The translations under genes were made by a program, and so were the position numbers. From Chrysomallon squamiferum (Eukaryota; Animalia; Mollusca), in the NCBI GenBank assembly GCA_012295275.1, contig CM022678.1, positions 7,378,001-7,442,000 on the forward strand: DNA of 64,000 bases. Direction: 5' to 3'. Positions 1-15,415 of this stretch are shown piece after piece; the first letter of the stretch is position 1, and every line of letters starts with the position of its first letter. The notes beneath the pieces are model-generated. The model was given only the letters and a program-made list of their open reading frames with translations. It was not told where the DNA came from and searched no databases.

Positions 1-831
1 AGATTGCGTACCTAACTGCATTATATCAGGTTAACACTTCACTTTGCAAGTTTGCTTGTGTAAAAAGAAAAGGCTTTGTGGTCTTGATACGGTGTTTGCA
101 GCGAAGTTAGCGGCTGTACCCATACAAGGCGTGCTTGAGGATTATTCTGGTGGACGTATGTCAAATGTTATTCACATAATTGTATCGACAATAAGTGACA
201 AGCATACAGAGCAGACATTGTTATAATTCTGGTTCCAGCTAAAATGATTTCGTAACCTAATGAGTATACTTAAGAATAACAACACATACGATACTATTAT
301 AATGTATAATATAATATAATAATAATAGTGATAGTAATAGTAATAGTAGTAGTTGTTGTTGCTGTTATTATTGTGGCAGCAATAGTAATAACTATAATAA
401 CAATATGATGATGATGATGATGAATAAAAAGGACATCAAAAAGGTATAGTAACAACAACAACAACAACAACAACAAAAACAAAAACAATAATAATAAGCA
501 GCTTACCAAATTAATATGAAACATTTTTGGCCGTAAACTCGGTCAACAAACTCACGATAAGAGCGTTATCGAGAAAGAGCATATGACGTCATTTCATTGT
601 TGACGTCATATCTATAAATACAAGCGCGCTGAGTAAACAAAACAAAGCATGATATACAAGAAAACATTATGAATGGACGTATGGAGCTGAAGGATAGATG
701 TACGTGTGTTTGGACGTGAAACAAATATATGAAACGAAAGAAAGAATCGGCGAACAAAAAACACGGACAGATAAAGGACTGGACGAAAATTATAACACAA
801 TAGTGTAAGATAATAAGACCGAGTAGAGGAC

Positions 832-902
<71 letters not shown>

Positions 903-973
903 GGAGAGAGAGAGAGACAGAGAGAGGGAGAGATAGAGAGAGAGAGAAAGAGAGACAGACAGACAGAGAAAGA

Positions 974-1058
<85 letters not shown>

Positions 1059-1224
1059 AATTAATTTGGAATGGATTTTCTTGTCATACTAAAACATATA
1101 TTAATGATCTATTCAATAATCGAATTATTATTATTATTATCATCATCATCATCATCGTCCTCATCATTATCATCATTATTATGCGCACATATGTATGTAT
1201 GTATGTATTTGCTTGTGTGGTGGG

Positions 1225-1255
<31 letters not shown>

Positions 1256-2101
1256 TTTTACATAAACCATACTGCTAAAACCTTATTCAAATCCTTTATG
1301 CTTTAAGCTTCTTTTATTATATTAAATCTTCCGTTCTGGAGTATTAAGATCAAGCAACCAACCAATCACACAGTCTGCAGAAACCTCCCCAGCTCGTGCC
1401 GTTTAACTGCAAAAAAAATCATGTAAATATTGCTGCGGTGACCCGGAGAATTTACTCGCCACAGAAGACGACGGTTTTGTAGTTTGTGGTAATCTCCTCC
1501 GGCGCACCAGAGCCTGGTCGCAAGTCTAGTAACGAAGACGAACACGAGCGGCTGTTGAAAATGACGTTTGTCTGTCTGACTTTAATTAACAACAGAATTT
1601 GGTTTATTGCTCAGCCTTTCTCTCCCCGACAGGTCACTCGGCGAAATTAATAACGGAGAAAGCCGAAGATGGGTTTTACTTTGAAGAAACGAACGTGTTA
1701 ATACTACAAAGTAGATCTTGTATTACGTTTTTTTTTTTTTTTTTTTGTAATTTGTCTTTTGTGTAATTTTCTTTTTATCAATGCTAATGATAAAGTTATA
1801 GCCACTATTTTTTTCTAGTGATTTCAATATTACTAGTGGCCTTTTAATAATTTTTTTTTTTTTTTTTTTTTGTATGGATGTTTTACTCTTAATATGTTTT
1901 AATTTACACATTTTTTTTAGATGTAGAGGATTTATTTGTTAAGGTTTATTCCTTTTGAACATGTCTCATTCCCTCTCAGACACGCTTTAATTTTCTTTCT
2001 CTGTCAACTGTCTCGCCGTCTGTAACTGCTTCTGTCTGTTTTATGTTCAAAGAGGTTTATAGAGACAAGAAAGTAAGAACGAAACACAGAGAGAGAGAGA
2101 G

Positions 2102-2162
<61 letters not shown>

Positions 2163-3115
2163 ATAGAGACACAGAGATAGTGATCGAGAGAGTGAGAACG
2201 AGAGAGAGAGAGAGACAGAGAGAGAGTGTGAGAGAGTGAGAGAGATAGAGAGACAGAGAGAGACAGAGAGGGAGACAGAGAGAGAAAGAGAGAGACAGAG
2301 AGAGAGACACAGAGAGAGAGAGAGACTGACACAGAAAAAGAGAAAGAAAGAGAAACACAGAAAGAGATTTAAGAAATGAACAAGAAGACAAAGAAACAGA
2401 AATGGAGAGAAAGAAAGAAAAAAACAGAATTAGAGGCAACGAGAGAGAAAGAAAGAAACAGAGACAAACAGTTACAATGATGTGAATCAGGAAAAAAAAA
2501 AAAAAAACAGAAAGACATAAATAAAAGAAAAAACACTAATAAAGCGACAACGATCGAAAGATTATCGAAAAGGGTGAATAAAAACTGTCTTGAACTGCAA
2601 CCATCCGGACAATTAACAGAAAAGATAAACAACTAAATAAATCCAATCTCGTATACTGTCTAATCTGTTATGTACAACCAACCACCTCCAACGAGCCACC
2701 TGAAAGCAGCGAAAATGTCAAGTCTACGAGAGAACAAGCTACTTCACAAATACCACTGCGTATCTCTCCCCGAAAACGATCGTAAATAAAACGTGTCAAA
2801 TGCGTATCAAATTGTTGTGTATTTTCAAATCTCGAATCTCAGATAGGTCGCTTCTTATCTTGACTCGCTTCTCGGATGCATTTATCTTGTCTTTGGCGTA
2901 TCAGTGAACTGTTCAGATTCCGCGTCTAGTTCTAAGAAAGTAATGCAGCGATCATTTGGAATATAGTTTATCAGTAGCCGTGGCAGCGGTTCTCCGCAAA
3001 TGTCGGAGGAAATTACGGATTTGATGAATTTGGAGAAGAACGTGAATGTTACTCGTAAGGAAAGATGTAAATCAAAACCTTTCATTTCGGATATACAAAC
3101 GCAAAAGTTTCTTTC

Positions 3116-3231
<116 letters not shown>

Positions 3232-3246
3232 CTGTATGTGTGTCTA

Positions 3247-3350
<104 letters not shown>

Positions 3351-3403
3351 CATACATACATACATACATACACAAATACGTACATAAATACATACATACA
3401 TAT

Positions 3404-3453
<50 letters not shown>

Positions 3454-3515
3454 TTTTAAGTTTTGTGCCGTTTTTTCTCTCTATTTCTCAATTTCTTTCC
3501 TTTTATTAATTTAAA

Positions 3516-3584
<69 letters not shown>

Positions 3585-3619
3585 TACTATAAAATTATAA
3601 TATTGTAAAGTAATCTTAT

Positions 3620-4180
3620 TAATCCCAAAGAAAGAAAAACAAAACAAATCTTTAAGGGGTAAACAAAAAACCCAGTTTAATTCAGTAATGTCAGTAATAC
3701 TGTAGGCGTTCAAAACCGTCATCCTCTTGTGTCAATATTATTCGTCTTCCAGCTTAATTTCCACCATTTAACTCAGAGCACCGCACTCCCAGTAAACAAC
3801 TCCCCACATTGACACTTACCGTTTCGAAAACGAGTCTGGCGGGCTTCTAAAAACCTAATAAGGGTTAATTGAAACTCCATGGCCTTTTGCCTATCTCGGC
3901 GTACAACACGTTTTATTCAAGCAATCAGTTTAAAACATTTTTACTTCGGCTTATGCTGTCGCCATTTTCTTTTTTTTTTTTCCTAGACCAATAAAAGAAA
4001 AGTTTGGGGCGACAAAACAAAATTGGCAGCGTGATCTACGGATGTTTGGCTGTGAACGTTTCTCAAACATTAAACACAAAATTTGATTAAACTGTTTGAC
4101 GAAACTGTAGCACGTTGTTTATGGTCCTTGTAAGAGTGCTGCGGGTTGCAATTAATCGTGTTAATTATCTGCCTTAATTA
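3620..4180. repeat. Inverted duplication 1, left copy (partner 7445-8010)
   Basis: About 560 bp of non-simple sequence (cagtaatgtcagtaatactgtaggcgttcaaaaccgtc...gggttgcaattaatcgtgttaatta) is the reverse complement of 7445-8010 with few mismatches. Confidence 0.95.
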
Positions 4181-4353
4181 GAAACCACCAACACTGAATC
4201 AAAGAATTAAGCTGAGTCTTTTCGGACAACATTTAAAAAACAGATCGTTTTTGAGTGTGAAAACTACACATTTCTTAATACCATCGACTCTAATAATTAC
4301 AGAGTTCTATCTGTGTGTCTGTCTATCTATCTGCCTGTCTGTCTGTCTATCTC

Positions 4354-4462
<109 letters not shown>

Positions 4463-4843
4463 ATTTAAAGTTGCTGGGATTTTTTTTTTTATTATTATTA
4501 TTATCATCATCATCTTCATCATCAATATCAGTATCGTCGTAGTAGTAACAGTAGTCGTAGTTATAGTAGTAGTAATAGTAGTTTCGTTTCTGTTGGGCTT
4601 GTTAGCAGCTGCAGTTGCAGTAGTAATAATAGAAGTTGTAGTTCTTGTTGCTGCTGCTGTTGTTGTTGTGGTTGTTGTTGTTGTAAATTCGTTCAACATA
4701 TCCAGTTAAGTAAGGAAACATCAACACTATTTTTTTGTTTAGGCACACCAAGGGAGATAATCTTCAGTTCACTGGGTTACTTTTTTTCGTATGAGTTACC
4801 TTTCTTATTATTTTATTTTTTACTGTGTATATACGTATGTATG

Positions 4844-4877
<34 letters not shown>

Positions 4878-5825
4878 TGTATGTATTTATGTATGTAATG
4901 TATGTATCTATGTATGTATGTAAATATGTATGTATGTATGTATGTATTATTTTTTTTACTGTGCATATATATATGTATTTATGTATGCATGTATGTATAT
5001 ATATGTATATGTGTGTATGCATGTATGTATGTATATATGAATGTATGTATGTATGCATGTATGTATGCATATACGAATGTACATATCTGTGTATGTAAAA
5101 GTGTCAGTGGTGCGTGCGTGCGTGTGTGTGTGTCTACCGTGAATTATTTATTTGTATTTGTATGTATTTATCATTGTCGTCTTTATGATCATGATTATTA
5201 TCATCATCATCATCATCATCATCATTATTTTTGTTTTTGTTATTACCATGAACATAATAATAAAAACGACAATAATAATAATAACAATAACAGTAATAAC
5301 AATAATAAGTATTATTATTATAATAAATATTAATTATCATCATCATCATCATCGTAATCATCGTCATCGTCTTCATCATCACCATCAACAACATCGTTAT
5401 CATCAACACCATCATCATCATCATCATCATCATAATCAATATCATCGTTTTCCCTGTAAAGAGTTTTGATCTTGAACACATTCTGAAGACGTCACAGTAA
5501 ACAAAGAGTTAATCTCTGACGTACACGAATGAGTTAAGTGCATCACGTAAATCGTGATTTATTTGTCACTTTCAGTCTCTCAGTCGCTTTCTTTCTATTT
5601 TTAAATTCTTCGTGACTGACTAAACTCTGTTGACCTTTTCGTCGTTTGTTTAAATTCTGTTCAGAAAAAGCTAGATCGTAATTAAAAAAAAAAAAAAAAA
5701 AAAAAAAATTACTATAAAAATCAGTAGATTCTGAATACTATATTTACTTTGGTATTTTTTTGTTTTTGCCGACAATTTTCTGGTTTGTTAATTAAAAACA
5801 ATAGAGCTTTGAAATCTATAATTAG

Positions 5826-5885
<60 letters not shown>

Positions 5886-7444
5886 AACGGAGTTAATATA
5901 AATGTATTGTATAGCGTTGTTTCAACAATAAAAAGAGAAAATATATTTTCTCCCAATTTTCGATCTTTCTTTTCTTCCATGTTGTTTCCTAGTTCATTTC
6001 TTTGTTTTCTGGATTTTTTTCTTTATTTATTTCATTTATTCCTTTCTTCTATCCTCCTTTTTTCTTCTTTGTTTCCATTTTATTTGTTTATTTCGTTTGT
6101 TGTTTGTCTATTTCCTCTTTGTTTTCCCTGTGTTTCTTTCATTCAGTTTTATTTTCCTTTTTTTTCTTCTTTTTTTTTTCTCTTTTTTTCTTTGATTGTT
6201 TTTTTCTTCTTTTTTTTACATTTATTCCGTATTCGTCTTCTCTTTCTTTGATTCGATCTTGTTCTTTGATTTCTTTCTTATTTTCTTTTTTTTTTTTTTC
6301 CTTTACACATCTTAAGCAAAACTGAATTCTTTTAAAAACTATTGGTCAACATCTTTTTCATATTTTATAAACAAGAAACAAAGGACTAATAAAAAAAAAT
6401 GAAAATAAAAAAAAAAAAAAGAAAAAAGAAAAATGAAACAAAAAAATAAATAAAAAAATGTTTGGACAAAAATTAAATTAAATTTTATAAATATATATGA
6501 GCTTAAATAATATATAATATATATATATATATATATTATATGACATGTGTGTGTGTGTGTGTAGTAATGAAAATTGCCTGTTATTTTTATTTATTTTTTT
6601 CTTTTTTTTTTTTTTTTGGTGTTATGTGTGTGCCTGTATTGTGTTCCATTGTGTTTTTGTCTGTGTGTATATGTCTGTTGATCTGTTTGTGTTTCTCAAT
6701 GTTAATGAGTGTATAAGTTCGTGTTTGTGTGTTTGTGTGTTTGAGAATATTTGCATGGATTTATATATATATATATGTGTGTGTGTGTGAATCTATGTCT
6801 ATGAGTGTTTGCGGTTGAACATGTTCGCCCATACCTTTCTACACACTCTACTACTGCTACTACTACCATTCGTTGTCGACATCATCGTTTCTCCTGTTTC
6901 TGCGGCAACGTCAGCACGTTGACAACGACACGGACAGTATTTAAAAAAAAAACTCAGTTTTAAAACTGGATCGTTTTGTTTTCCTGTTTTTATGTTTCTT
7001 TTGGAAAAAGGATCGTTTTGTTTACCAACTCACAAAACGATAATAATAATTTGAAAAATCTTGGAACAAAGGCATGAATTAATAGCCAACTCACAAAAAG
7101 ATAATAATAATAATAAAAATATACCCCATCCAGAATTTATGTTATGTTTTCTGGTAAATCTATCTATCTATCTATCTATCTATCTATATATATATATATA
7201 TATATATGTCATATATATCATGCTTGTCTATATATAACAACAACAATGACGACGACGATGTTGATGATCATGATAATAATAATAACAACAACAACAACAA
7301 CAAAAAATCAACCCAGCAACATTGATTCCAAGAATTATTGTTCAACTTTTCAGACAACATTTAAAAAAAATAGATCGTTTTGACTGTGAAAACGACACGT
7401 TTCTTTAATACCATCGACTCTAATAATTACACAGTTCACAACGT

Positions 7445-8007
7445 TAATTAAGTCTGATAATTAACACGATTAATTGCAACCCGCAGAACTCTTACAAGGA
7501 ACATAAACAACGTGCTACAGTTTCGTCAAACAGTTTAATCAAATTTTGTGTTTAATGTCTGAGAAACGTTCACAGCCAAACATCCGTAGATCACGCTGCT
7601 AATTTCGTTTTGTCGCCCCAAACTTTTCTTTTATTGGTCGCGGAGAAAAAGAAAAGAAAAGAAAATGGCGACAGCATAAGCCGAAGTAAAAATGTTTTAA
7701 ACTGATTGCTTGAATAAAACGTGTTGTATGCCGAGATAGGCAACTGGCCATGGAATTTCAATTAACCCTTATTAGGTTTTTAGAAGCCCTGTCAGACTCA
7801 TTTTCGAAACAGTAAGTGTCAATGTGGGAAGTTGTTTACTGGGAGTGCGGTGCTCTGTGTTAAATGGTGAAAATTAAGCTGGAAGACGAATAATATTGAC
7901 ACAAGAGGATGACGGTTTTGAACGCCTACAGTATTACTGACATTACTGGATTAAACTTTTTTTTTTTTTTCCTTTAGACATTTTTTTTTTCTTTCCTTCT
8001 TTGGGAT

Positions 8008-8010
<3 letters not shown>
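7445..8010. repeat. Inverted duplication 1, right copy (partner 3620-4180)
   Basis: Reverse-complement match to 3620-4180, read directly from the sequence. Confidence 0.95.
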
Positions 8011-8083
<73 letters not shown>

Positions 8084-8289
8084 AAAACAAGCCTTAAATC
8101 ATCTATCTTCTGCTCTGTAAATGTCACTGGCACATCTCTATATCTATCGTTTAGAAAGAAATTTAAATTCGTAAGTAAAAACAACATCGTAAATTTTATC
8201 TCACAAAATCAAAATATTTGCCTCGAACACGCTGAAATGTTTTCCATCAAATATTGTCACAGGGATGTTTTCAAAAGATGACATCAATA

Positions 8290-8495
8290 ATTCATTTCTT
8301 TTTTCTCTTTCTCTCTGAATTCTTTGTTCAAGTTCTTTTTCCTTATTTTATTCTTTAATTTTATAAATTATTAATGTCTTTTTTTTCCATATCAAACGAA
8401 ATAGTGCGAAACAATGTGTTTGTATTTAATAAAAATAATTAATGGAAAAGCCACAGAAACAATATGCATGACTTCATGTTCTACAACAACTACTG

Positions 8496-8579
<84 letters not shown>

Positions 8580-8700
8580 TTACTGTTTCTGTTGCTACTA
8601 CTACTACCTGGACTGCTACAACTATGCCTAATACTTGATTCCAAACAAAACCAGTCCAGACAAAATAAATAAATAAATAAATAAATAAAAAATAATAAAT
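8290..8700. repeat. Inverted duplication 2, left copy (partner about 12620-12940)
   Basis: 'ctacctggactgctacaactatgcctaatacttgattccaaacaaaaccagt' and 'aattctttgttcaagttctttttcc' recur reverse-complemented at 12660-12740 and 12875-12935. The ORF track shows the shared WFCLESSIRHSCSS peptide on opposite strands. Confidence 0.85.
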
Positions 8701-8703
8701 AAA

Positions 8704-8766
<63 letters not shown>

Positions 8767-9120
8767 TATAATAATATACAGATAGATAGATAGATAGATA
8801 AATAAGTAAGTATATATATAAATAAATAAATAAATAAATAGATGAGTAAAAGAACAATGACGCTATATACAACAGAAAAATAAACAATCACAACACAACA
8901 CAAAATCTATATACAACCAAATACATATATATATATATAGATAGATAGATAGACCCGAAGGACGACATCTGCAAAGGTAGTAATAGTAGTAGTAGTAGTA
9001 GTAGTCTTCATAATAGTAGAAGTCAAATAAAGTAAATGAATATAAATTAAAACTTATTTTGAACAAATAAACATTTACTGGATAGCGATGCATTTAATTT
9101 TTAATTTTCTTTCTTCATTA

Positions 9121-9161
<41 letters not shown>

Positions 9162-9239
9162 GAGTGTATGTGTCTATATATGTGTGTGTTTGTGTGTGTG
9201 TGTGTGTGGGTGTGTGTGTGTGTGTGTAATTATTATTAT

Positions 9240-9594
9240 AGATTTGCTTTTCGTGTCTTTGCGCTTGAATGTTATTAAAAAATTATTGAATTTTTAACTA
9301 ATCTTCCACGTCGTGATGAAGAATTAGTACACTTCAGATATTTAGTTGTTTTTCTAACCGAGTTATTTTCTCAGTCCTATATATCGAACAAGGAAAAAAA
9401 GTCACACATTTATTAACAATACAATACAATATTTATTCCGTTACTAGATGCAGATAAAAAACAGATGTTTATTAATACAATAATATAGTAACTGATGCTG
9501 AGGTAGATGCACTAAGAATAGTAGTAGTAGTAGTAGTGGGAGCAGATTGTTGCGTTTATAATAGTTAGACATACAGACAGACAGACAGACAGAC

Positions 9595-9627
<33 letters not shown>

Positions 9628-11060
9628 TGTGTAATTCACTGATACAATTGAAACATAATATAAATATCGTACATAATATACATCCAAATACAAAGAGACA
9701 AGAACTACATAACACTGCATAACACAAATGACATCTAAAAAGATATCTAAAATGCTTAATGCTGACATACAAATTTTATTCATTACAGTAAGTGCGTTGA
9801 ATTCATTTAAAACTGATTGTGATTATACAAACCCTCCACTTAAATCTGGTTGTATGAGAGTGTAATAAGGGCTTTTGGTATTTGTTAAAATATTTAATGT
9901 TTCGTCTCTAATAGTAGTAGTAGTAGTAGTAGTAGTAGTAATAGAAAAAGTAGTAGTAGTATATAGACATTCCACTTAAATCTGGTTGTATGACAATGCA
10001 AAGAATGGTTTTGGTATTTGCTAAGATATTTCATGTTTAGTCTCTGCTGATGAATTTATCATTAGTTTTTCTTAATTTTGAAATTAGCACATTGAAAGCG
10101 TTAATTAAGACGTCTTGATTATGTCAATTACAATGCTACAATATTTTAAGTCTATCGATCTATGTATAATTATTAATCCTTATATAATTACCTGTCTTCA
10201 AGCTTAATTAAGTCTTGGTTGTGTGAGTTGTACGTTAACATATTTCCAGTTTACTGATGTAAGTTTCATTATTCATTCTTAATTAATTAATCTTGACGGA
10301 AGCGTTGATTAACGAGTTTTGGTTTTAATCAGTCACAGTGTAGCAAAAAGGTGCAGTTTAAAAGTTGTTAAATATAAAAAAAAATTATTTTAAATACTTC
10401 GTTTGATTAGAACTCTTCACGGTGCAAATTTTTTGCTCGCAGTAAAGTCAATGTAACTAAATAATCTGCTTTTTATTCTTTTTAGCAGTTCACATAAAAC
10501 GAAGATGTGATTTTTATTTTTCTCTTCTTTTTTCTTCTTTTGTAAGTGCCGCGCCTTCTGCCCCACGGTCGTAAACATCTTGCCCCTCTCCCGGGACAAG
10601 AAAACAAAAAATTTAAAAAAAATTCTTTGAAGACTTGTCTTTTATTTTTCTTATCTTTATCTATAAATGTTTACTATGATTTCTGTTCTCTGCTGACCTC
10701 TGTAATTTGCATATGGTTTGAGCTGTCGGTGGATTCAGCGGAAGGTCATGTCAAATTTCTTGCGTATGGTGAATCACTAAGCTGCTAACTCTGTACAGAC
10801 TGATCCGATTTCGAATACGATATTTTAAGGGTATAAACAGTTTCATAACAAAATAGATAAACGCTAAAGTTGAAGAAGAAAATAATAATAATAATAATAC
10901 CAACCGTAATACTAATAATGGTAAAAATAATAATAACAACATCATCAACAACAAAAACAATAACAACAAAAACAACAACAACAACAAAAACAACAACAAC
11001 AAAAAAAATAATAACAAAACAACAACAACTATAACAATAATAATAATAATAATAATAATA

Positions 11061-11100
<40 letters not shown>

Positions 11101-12502
11101 CATCATCATACAGAGACATCTCCACTAACATGTCGGCAAAAGTTAACTAGGTATGGTCCTGTTATTCATTTGATAAAGTAGGATATAAACCACAGTTACT
11201 GGTATTGAGGAAACTGCTTTTACTTCAAACCAGGATAAACATCCCGCCATTTCTTTTTAATTCTATTATTTTTATTATTTACTTCTTTCTCTCTCTCGTA
11301 ACAGCTGTATTTATTTATTTATTTATTATTGTTTTTAAAATATATTAATTGCAATCATAAATCAAATGTGTCAGCTGCGAATGAAATCTATGGAATGCAA
11401 AAAGTAAGAAAAATTTGTAGTGACCATTTCATTAAAACCGTCACAATTTGTAACTGACGTTACGTCACGTGTTAAAAAACTGTAGTCTGCTGAATTGATA
11501 TTCACGGAGTCTGAGTGTTGTAGGATGTTATTCATTTGATTTTTTTCGTGTTTTTTTTTTTTTTTCTTTCTTTCTTTCTTTCTTTCCATATAAAAATTCA
11601 TATTCACAGCTTTAAGGACAGAAACGACTGCATACAAAAAAAAAAAAAAAAAAAAAAAAAAAAACACAAATGGAAATAAATAAAAATTAAAAATTAAAAA
11701 AAAAAAAAGAAAATAAAGTAAATAAATAAATAAAGAAAATAAAGAAAATTAAATAAACAAGTCAATAAATCAATTTAATTAATTAATAAAAATAAAGAAA
11801 ACCAAAAACATTTAAAAAAAAAAAATAAATAAATAAATAAATAAATAAATTAACAGATCCCTAAGGAATGAATCCTAGATTTCTTTCACAGTCGCTTAAA
11901 ACTTGAAAAAGTCGAAATTAGAACTGTTAAGTCTCAAACTAGAACGGCGGTAATTTCCACGTTTTCAGGCGTCAAATTCACAGAAACCATCTCGTCACTA
12001 CGTAGATTTTTCTTTCTAAAAAAAAAAAAAACGAGTTTTGCCTGTAACGTATTTATACCAGTGAAATCTGAAAGAGGTGAAGCCAATGTATGTAACACCT
12101 TAATTTGACTGTTTTAATAATGAATCACATTTCACGTAAATAGCTATTTGAAAAGTGTTTTAACCACACTTCGTTAAAGTATCACAAACGACGCTTTATG
12201 CTACAGCACAGGAAAATGTTAAATATTTATCTCGTTTTCTTTGCGATGTTTTCTCTTGAGAAACCGATTGGCTTGTTCAGAAGTTGTGTGTATGTGTTTC
12301 TGTAAATTATTTACCAGGCTTTCGTTATGTCTTTCTGCTTCTGAACCCAGGCGGTGACAACTAGATTAATAAATGAACTCTCACAGAATATATGTCTGCT
12401 TACACATTTAGAAAAAAAAAAAAACACAAAACACATTTAAATCCCAGGTTTCAAAATTCGCTTCCGAAAAGTCTGTGTAATATATCTCCAGCTATGTGAC
12501 AT
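9240..12502. repeat. Large inverted duplication 3, left arm (gene-less)
   Basis: Reverse complement of 16274-17162 joined to 20508-23840. Near-identical blocks are 11850-12502 vs 16274-16922 and about 10030-10870 vs about 20810-21640. The ORF pairs 10546-10788/20911-21153 and 10417-10599/21092-21283 are mirrored. Confidence 0.95.
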
Positions 12503-12537
12503 TAGACAATCACAACATAAATTTGATTATGATTATG

Positions 12538-12582
<45 letters not shown>

Positions 12583-12607
12583 GTTGTTGTTGTTGTTGTT
12601 GTTGTTG

Positions 12608-12654
<47 letters not shown>

Positions 12655-12773
12655 TTTTGGCTGTACTGGTTTTGTTTGGAATCAAGTATTAGGCATAGTT
12701 GTAGCAGTACAGGTAGTAGTAGTAGTAGCAACAGAAACAGTAATAGTAGTAGTAATAGTAATAGTAGTAGTAA

Positions 12774-12822
<49 letters not shown>

Positions 12823-12970
12823 TGTTGTTGTTGAACACGAAGTCGTGAATATTGTTTCTTTGGCTTAATAATTAATAATTTATAAAATTAAAGAAAAAAA
12901 CAAAGGAAAAAGAATTTGAACAAAGAATTTACAAAGAGAGAGAGAGAGAGAACTAGAGACTACAAGAACT

Positions 12971-13072
<102 letters not shown>

Positions 13073-13140
13073 ACCAGAGATTTGACCAGATTTGGTCCGG
13101 ATTCCATGAGCCGTATAATCGAAAATCAACTTCTAAATTA

Positions 13141-13870
13141 ATGTACTACTACAACTACAACTACAACAACAACTACTACTACAACAACAACAACTACTAC
13201 TACTACAACTGCTACTACTACTACAACTATTACTACCAGTATCATTACCACCACTACTACTACTTTACCACCATTATGACTATTACTACTACTACTACTT
13301 ACTACTACTACCACTTTACTTACTGCACTACTACTACTACTACTACTACTACTTACTACTACTACTACTACTACCACCATTACTACTACTACTACTACTA
13401 CTATTACCACCATTACTACTACTACTACTATTACCACCATTACTACTACTACTTACTACTATTACCACCATTTCTACTTACTGCTACTACTATTACCACC
13501 ATTACGACTACCACTACTACTACTACTATTACCACCATTACTACTACTACTATTACCACCATTACTACTACTACTACTATTACCACCATTACTACTGATA
13601 CTACTGTTACCACCATTACTACTACTACTACTATTACCACCATTACTACTACTACTACTGCTACTACTATTACCACCATTACTACTACTACTATTACCAC
13701 CATTACTACTACTACTATTACCACCATTACTACTTATACTACTGTTACCACCATTACTACTACTACTACTATTACCACCATTACTACTACTACTACTACA
13801 ACTACCACCATTACTAATACTACTATTATCACCATTACTACTACTGCTATTACTACTATTGCCACTTTTT
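13141..13870. repeat. Cryptic (ACT)n / attaccaccatt compound repeat
   Basis: A trinucleotide tract carries recurring 21-33 bp units built around 'attaccaccattactact'. Confidence 0.9.
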
Positions 13871-14564
13871 CTAGTGGTACTACCACCGCTTCCACTATTT
13901 ATTTTTGATCATAGATTTCAATTTGGACATCGAATTCTAAGAACATTAATCTTACTCGTTTATGTGCTATAGCTTTTAGTGTTATCTCTCTTTATTTTTC
14001 ACAGAACTATTAAACTTATTATCGTCTTAATAAAACTCTTATAATCATTTCCTTTCCTTTCCTTTTTCTTTTTCTTTTTTTGTTTTAGTTTTCTTTGTCA
14101 TTCTCCCTGTTCATCTTTCTTCTTTGTTTTTAATTTCTCATTTGTTTTAAGCGAAAGCTTTTAACGATTCTGGTTTCTTGAACATCTCAAATCATAAAAA
14201 CCGTTTGATGACGTCATTACGTATACAAGATGGTATAAAAACTAAAGATGAAACACGTGTCTGTTTGCAAATAGATACGTATGCACATTTACGTCAATAC
14301 ATAATTTTATTAAAATATATATATATATATATCATAGGTGTGTAGCTATTTTATTTTATTTCAGTCTTTTTTTAATAAGATAATTTATTTCAAAATGGAC
14401 TAATACGTCAAACAGTTGTTTCTACGTCATAATGACACGAATGAAGAAACTCGCTATAACTATCGAATGACTTTTTTCACTAAGTGCGAAATACCTATAC
14501 ACTAGTATATATATATATATAAATAAACACACACACACACATATATATCCACAGACACACACAC

Positions 14565-14613
<49 letters not shown>

Positions 14614-15121
14614 CACACACACACACATATATACACACATACACACACATATACACATATATACACGCATATACACATACACATATAGATTAACGGCTGT
14701 AAATGTATTACTTCACATAAAAAGCGAATAGGTAATACTGTCAATGAGCTGAAACAGGTTTATGTCTGTTGCATGTAGGTAATTACGAAATATCGTTTCT
14801 GTTTTTGTTCACAGGAAGAACGTATTGCAATGATTCCTAGCGCGTGAACCGGCAACTGATTGCCTTTAATTTTAATTCTAAATAATATATGTGGTTTTTT
14901 TTGTTGTTGTTGTTGGTTTTATTTGTTTTTTTCTTGAAAATCGTGTACAGTATGATACTGTTTTCGTCTTATCTCTAAAGTGATTTTGAAATTAATTTTT
15001 AAATACTAAGGAGAAAGACGTTAGAATGTAAGAATACACATAAATAAATAAAGACACGTACTACACATATAATCATATATGCACACTCATATACATATAT
15101 AAATATATACCTGTCTGTCTA

Positions 15122-15163
<42 letters not shown>

Positions 15164-15367
15164 GATCTAGCTATCTACATAAAAAAAAAATCACATTAAT
15201 TATTACTGTGTTTGTATTCAGTACCAGGAAAAGCTACAACAACAATATACACTACTTCATGTTCTGCAACTACTTCAGCAATTAATACTTCTATATTACT
15301 AGTACTACTATTACTACTACTGCTATTTTTATAATAATAATAATAATAATAACAACAAAACAACACC

Positions 15368-15415
<48 letters not shown>

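Noticed and set aside
2600-3110. Higher-complexity patch (also 1330-1700) as coding exons
   Set aside because: No frame gives a recognisable protein with paired splice sites. It could be regulatory or a TE remnant, but nothing can be supported.
10417-10870. Duplicated ORFs (MPRLLPHGRKHLAPLPGQE... and its mirror at 20911-21283) as small conserved genes
   Set aside because: The conservation is explained by the recent inverted duplication. The ORFs use non-ATG starts and have no recognisable domain or splice signals.
13141-13908. 255-aa Thr/Tyr-rich mucin-like ORF
   Set aside because: It is a translation of (ACT)n-type repeats that drifts between poly-Tyr, poly-Leu and poly-Thr, with no credible splice sites or signal peptide.
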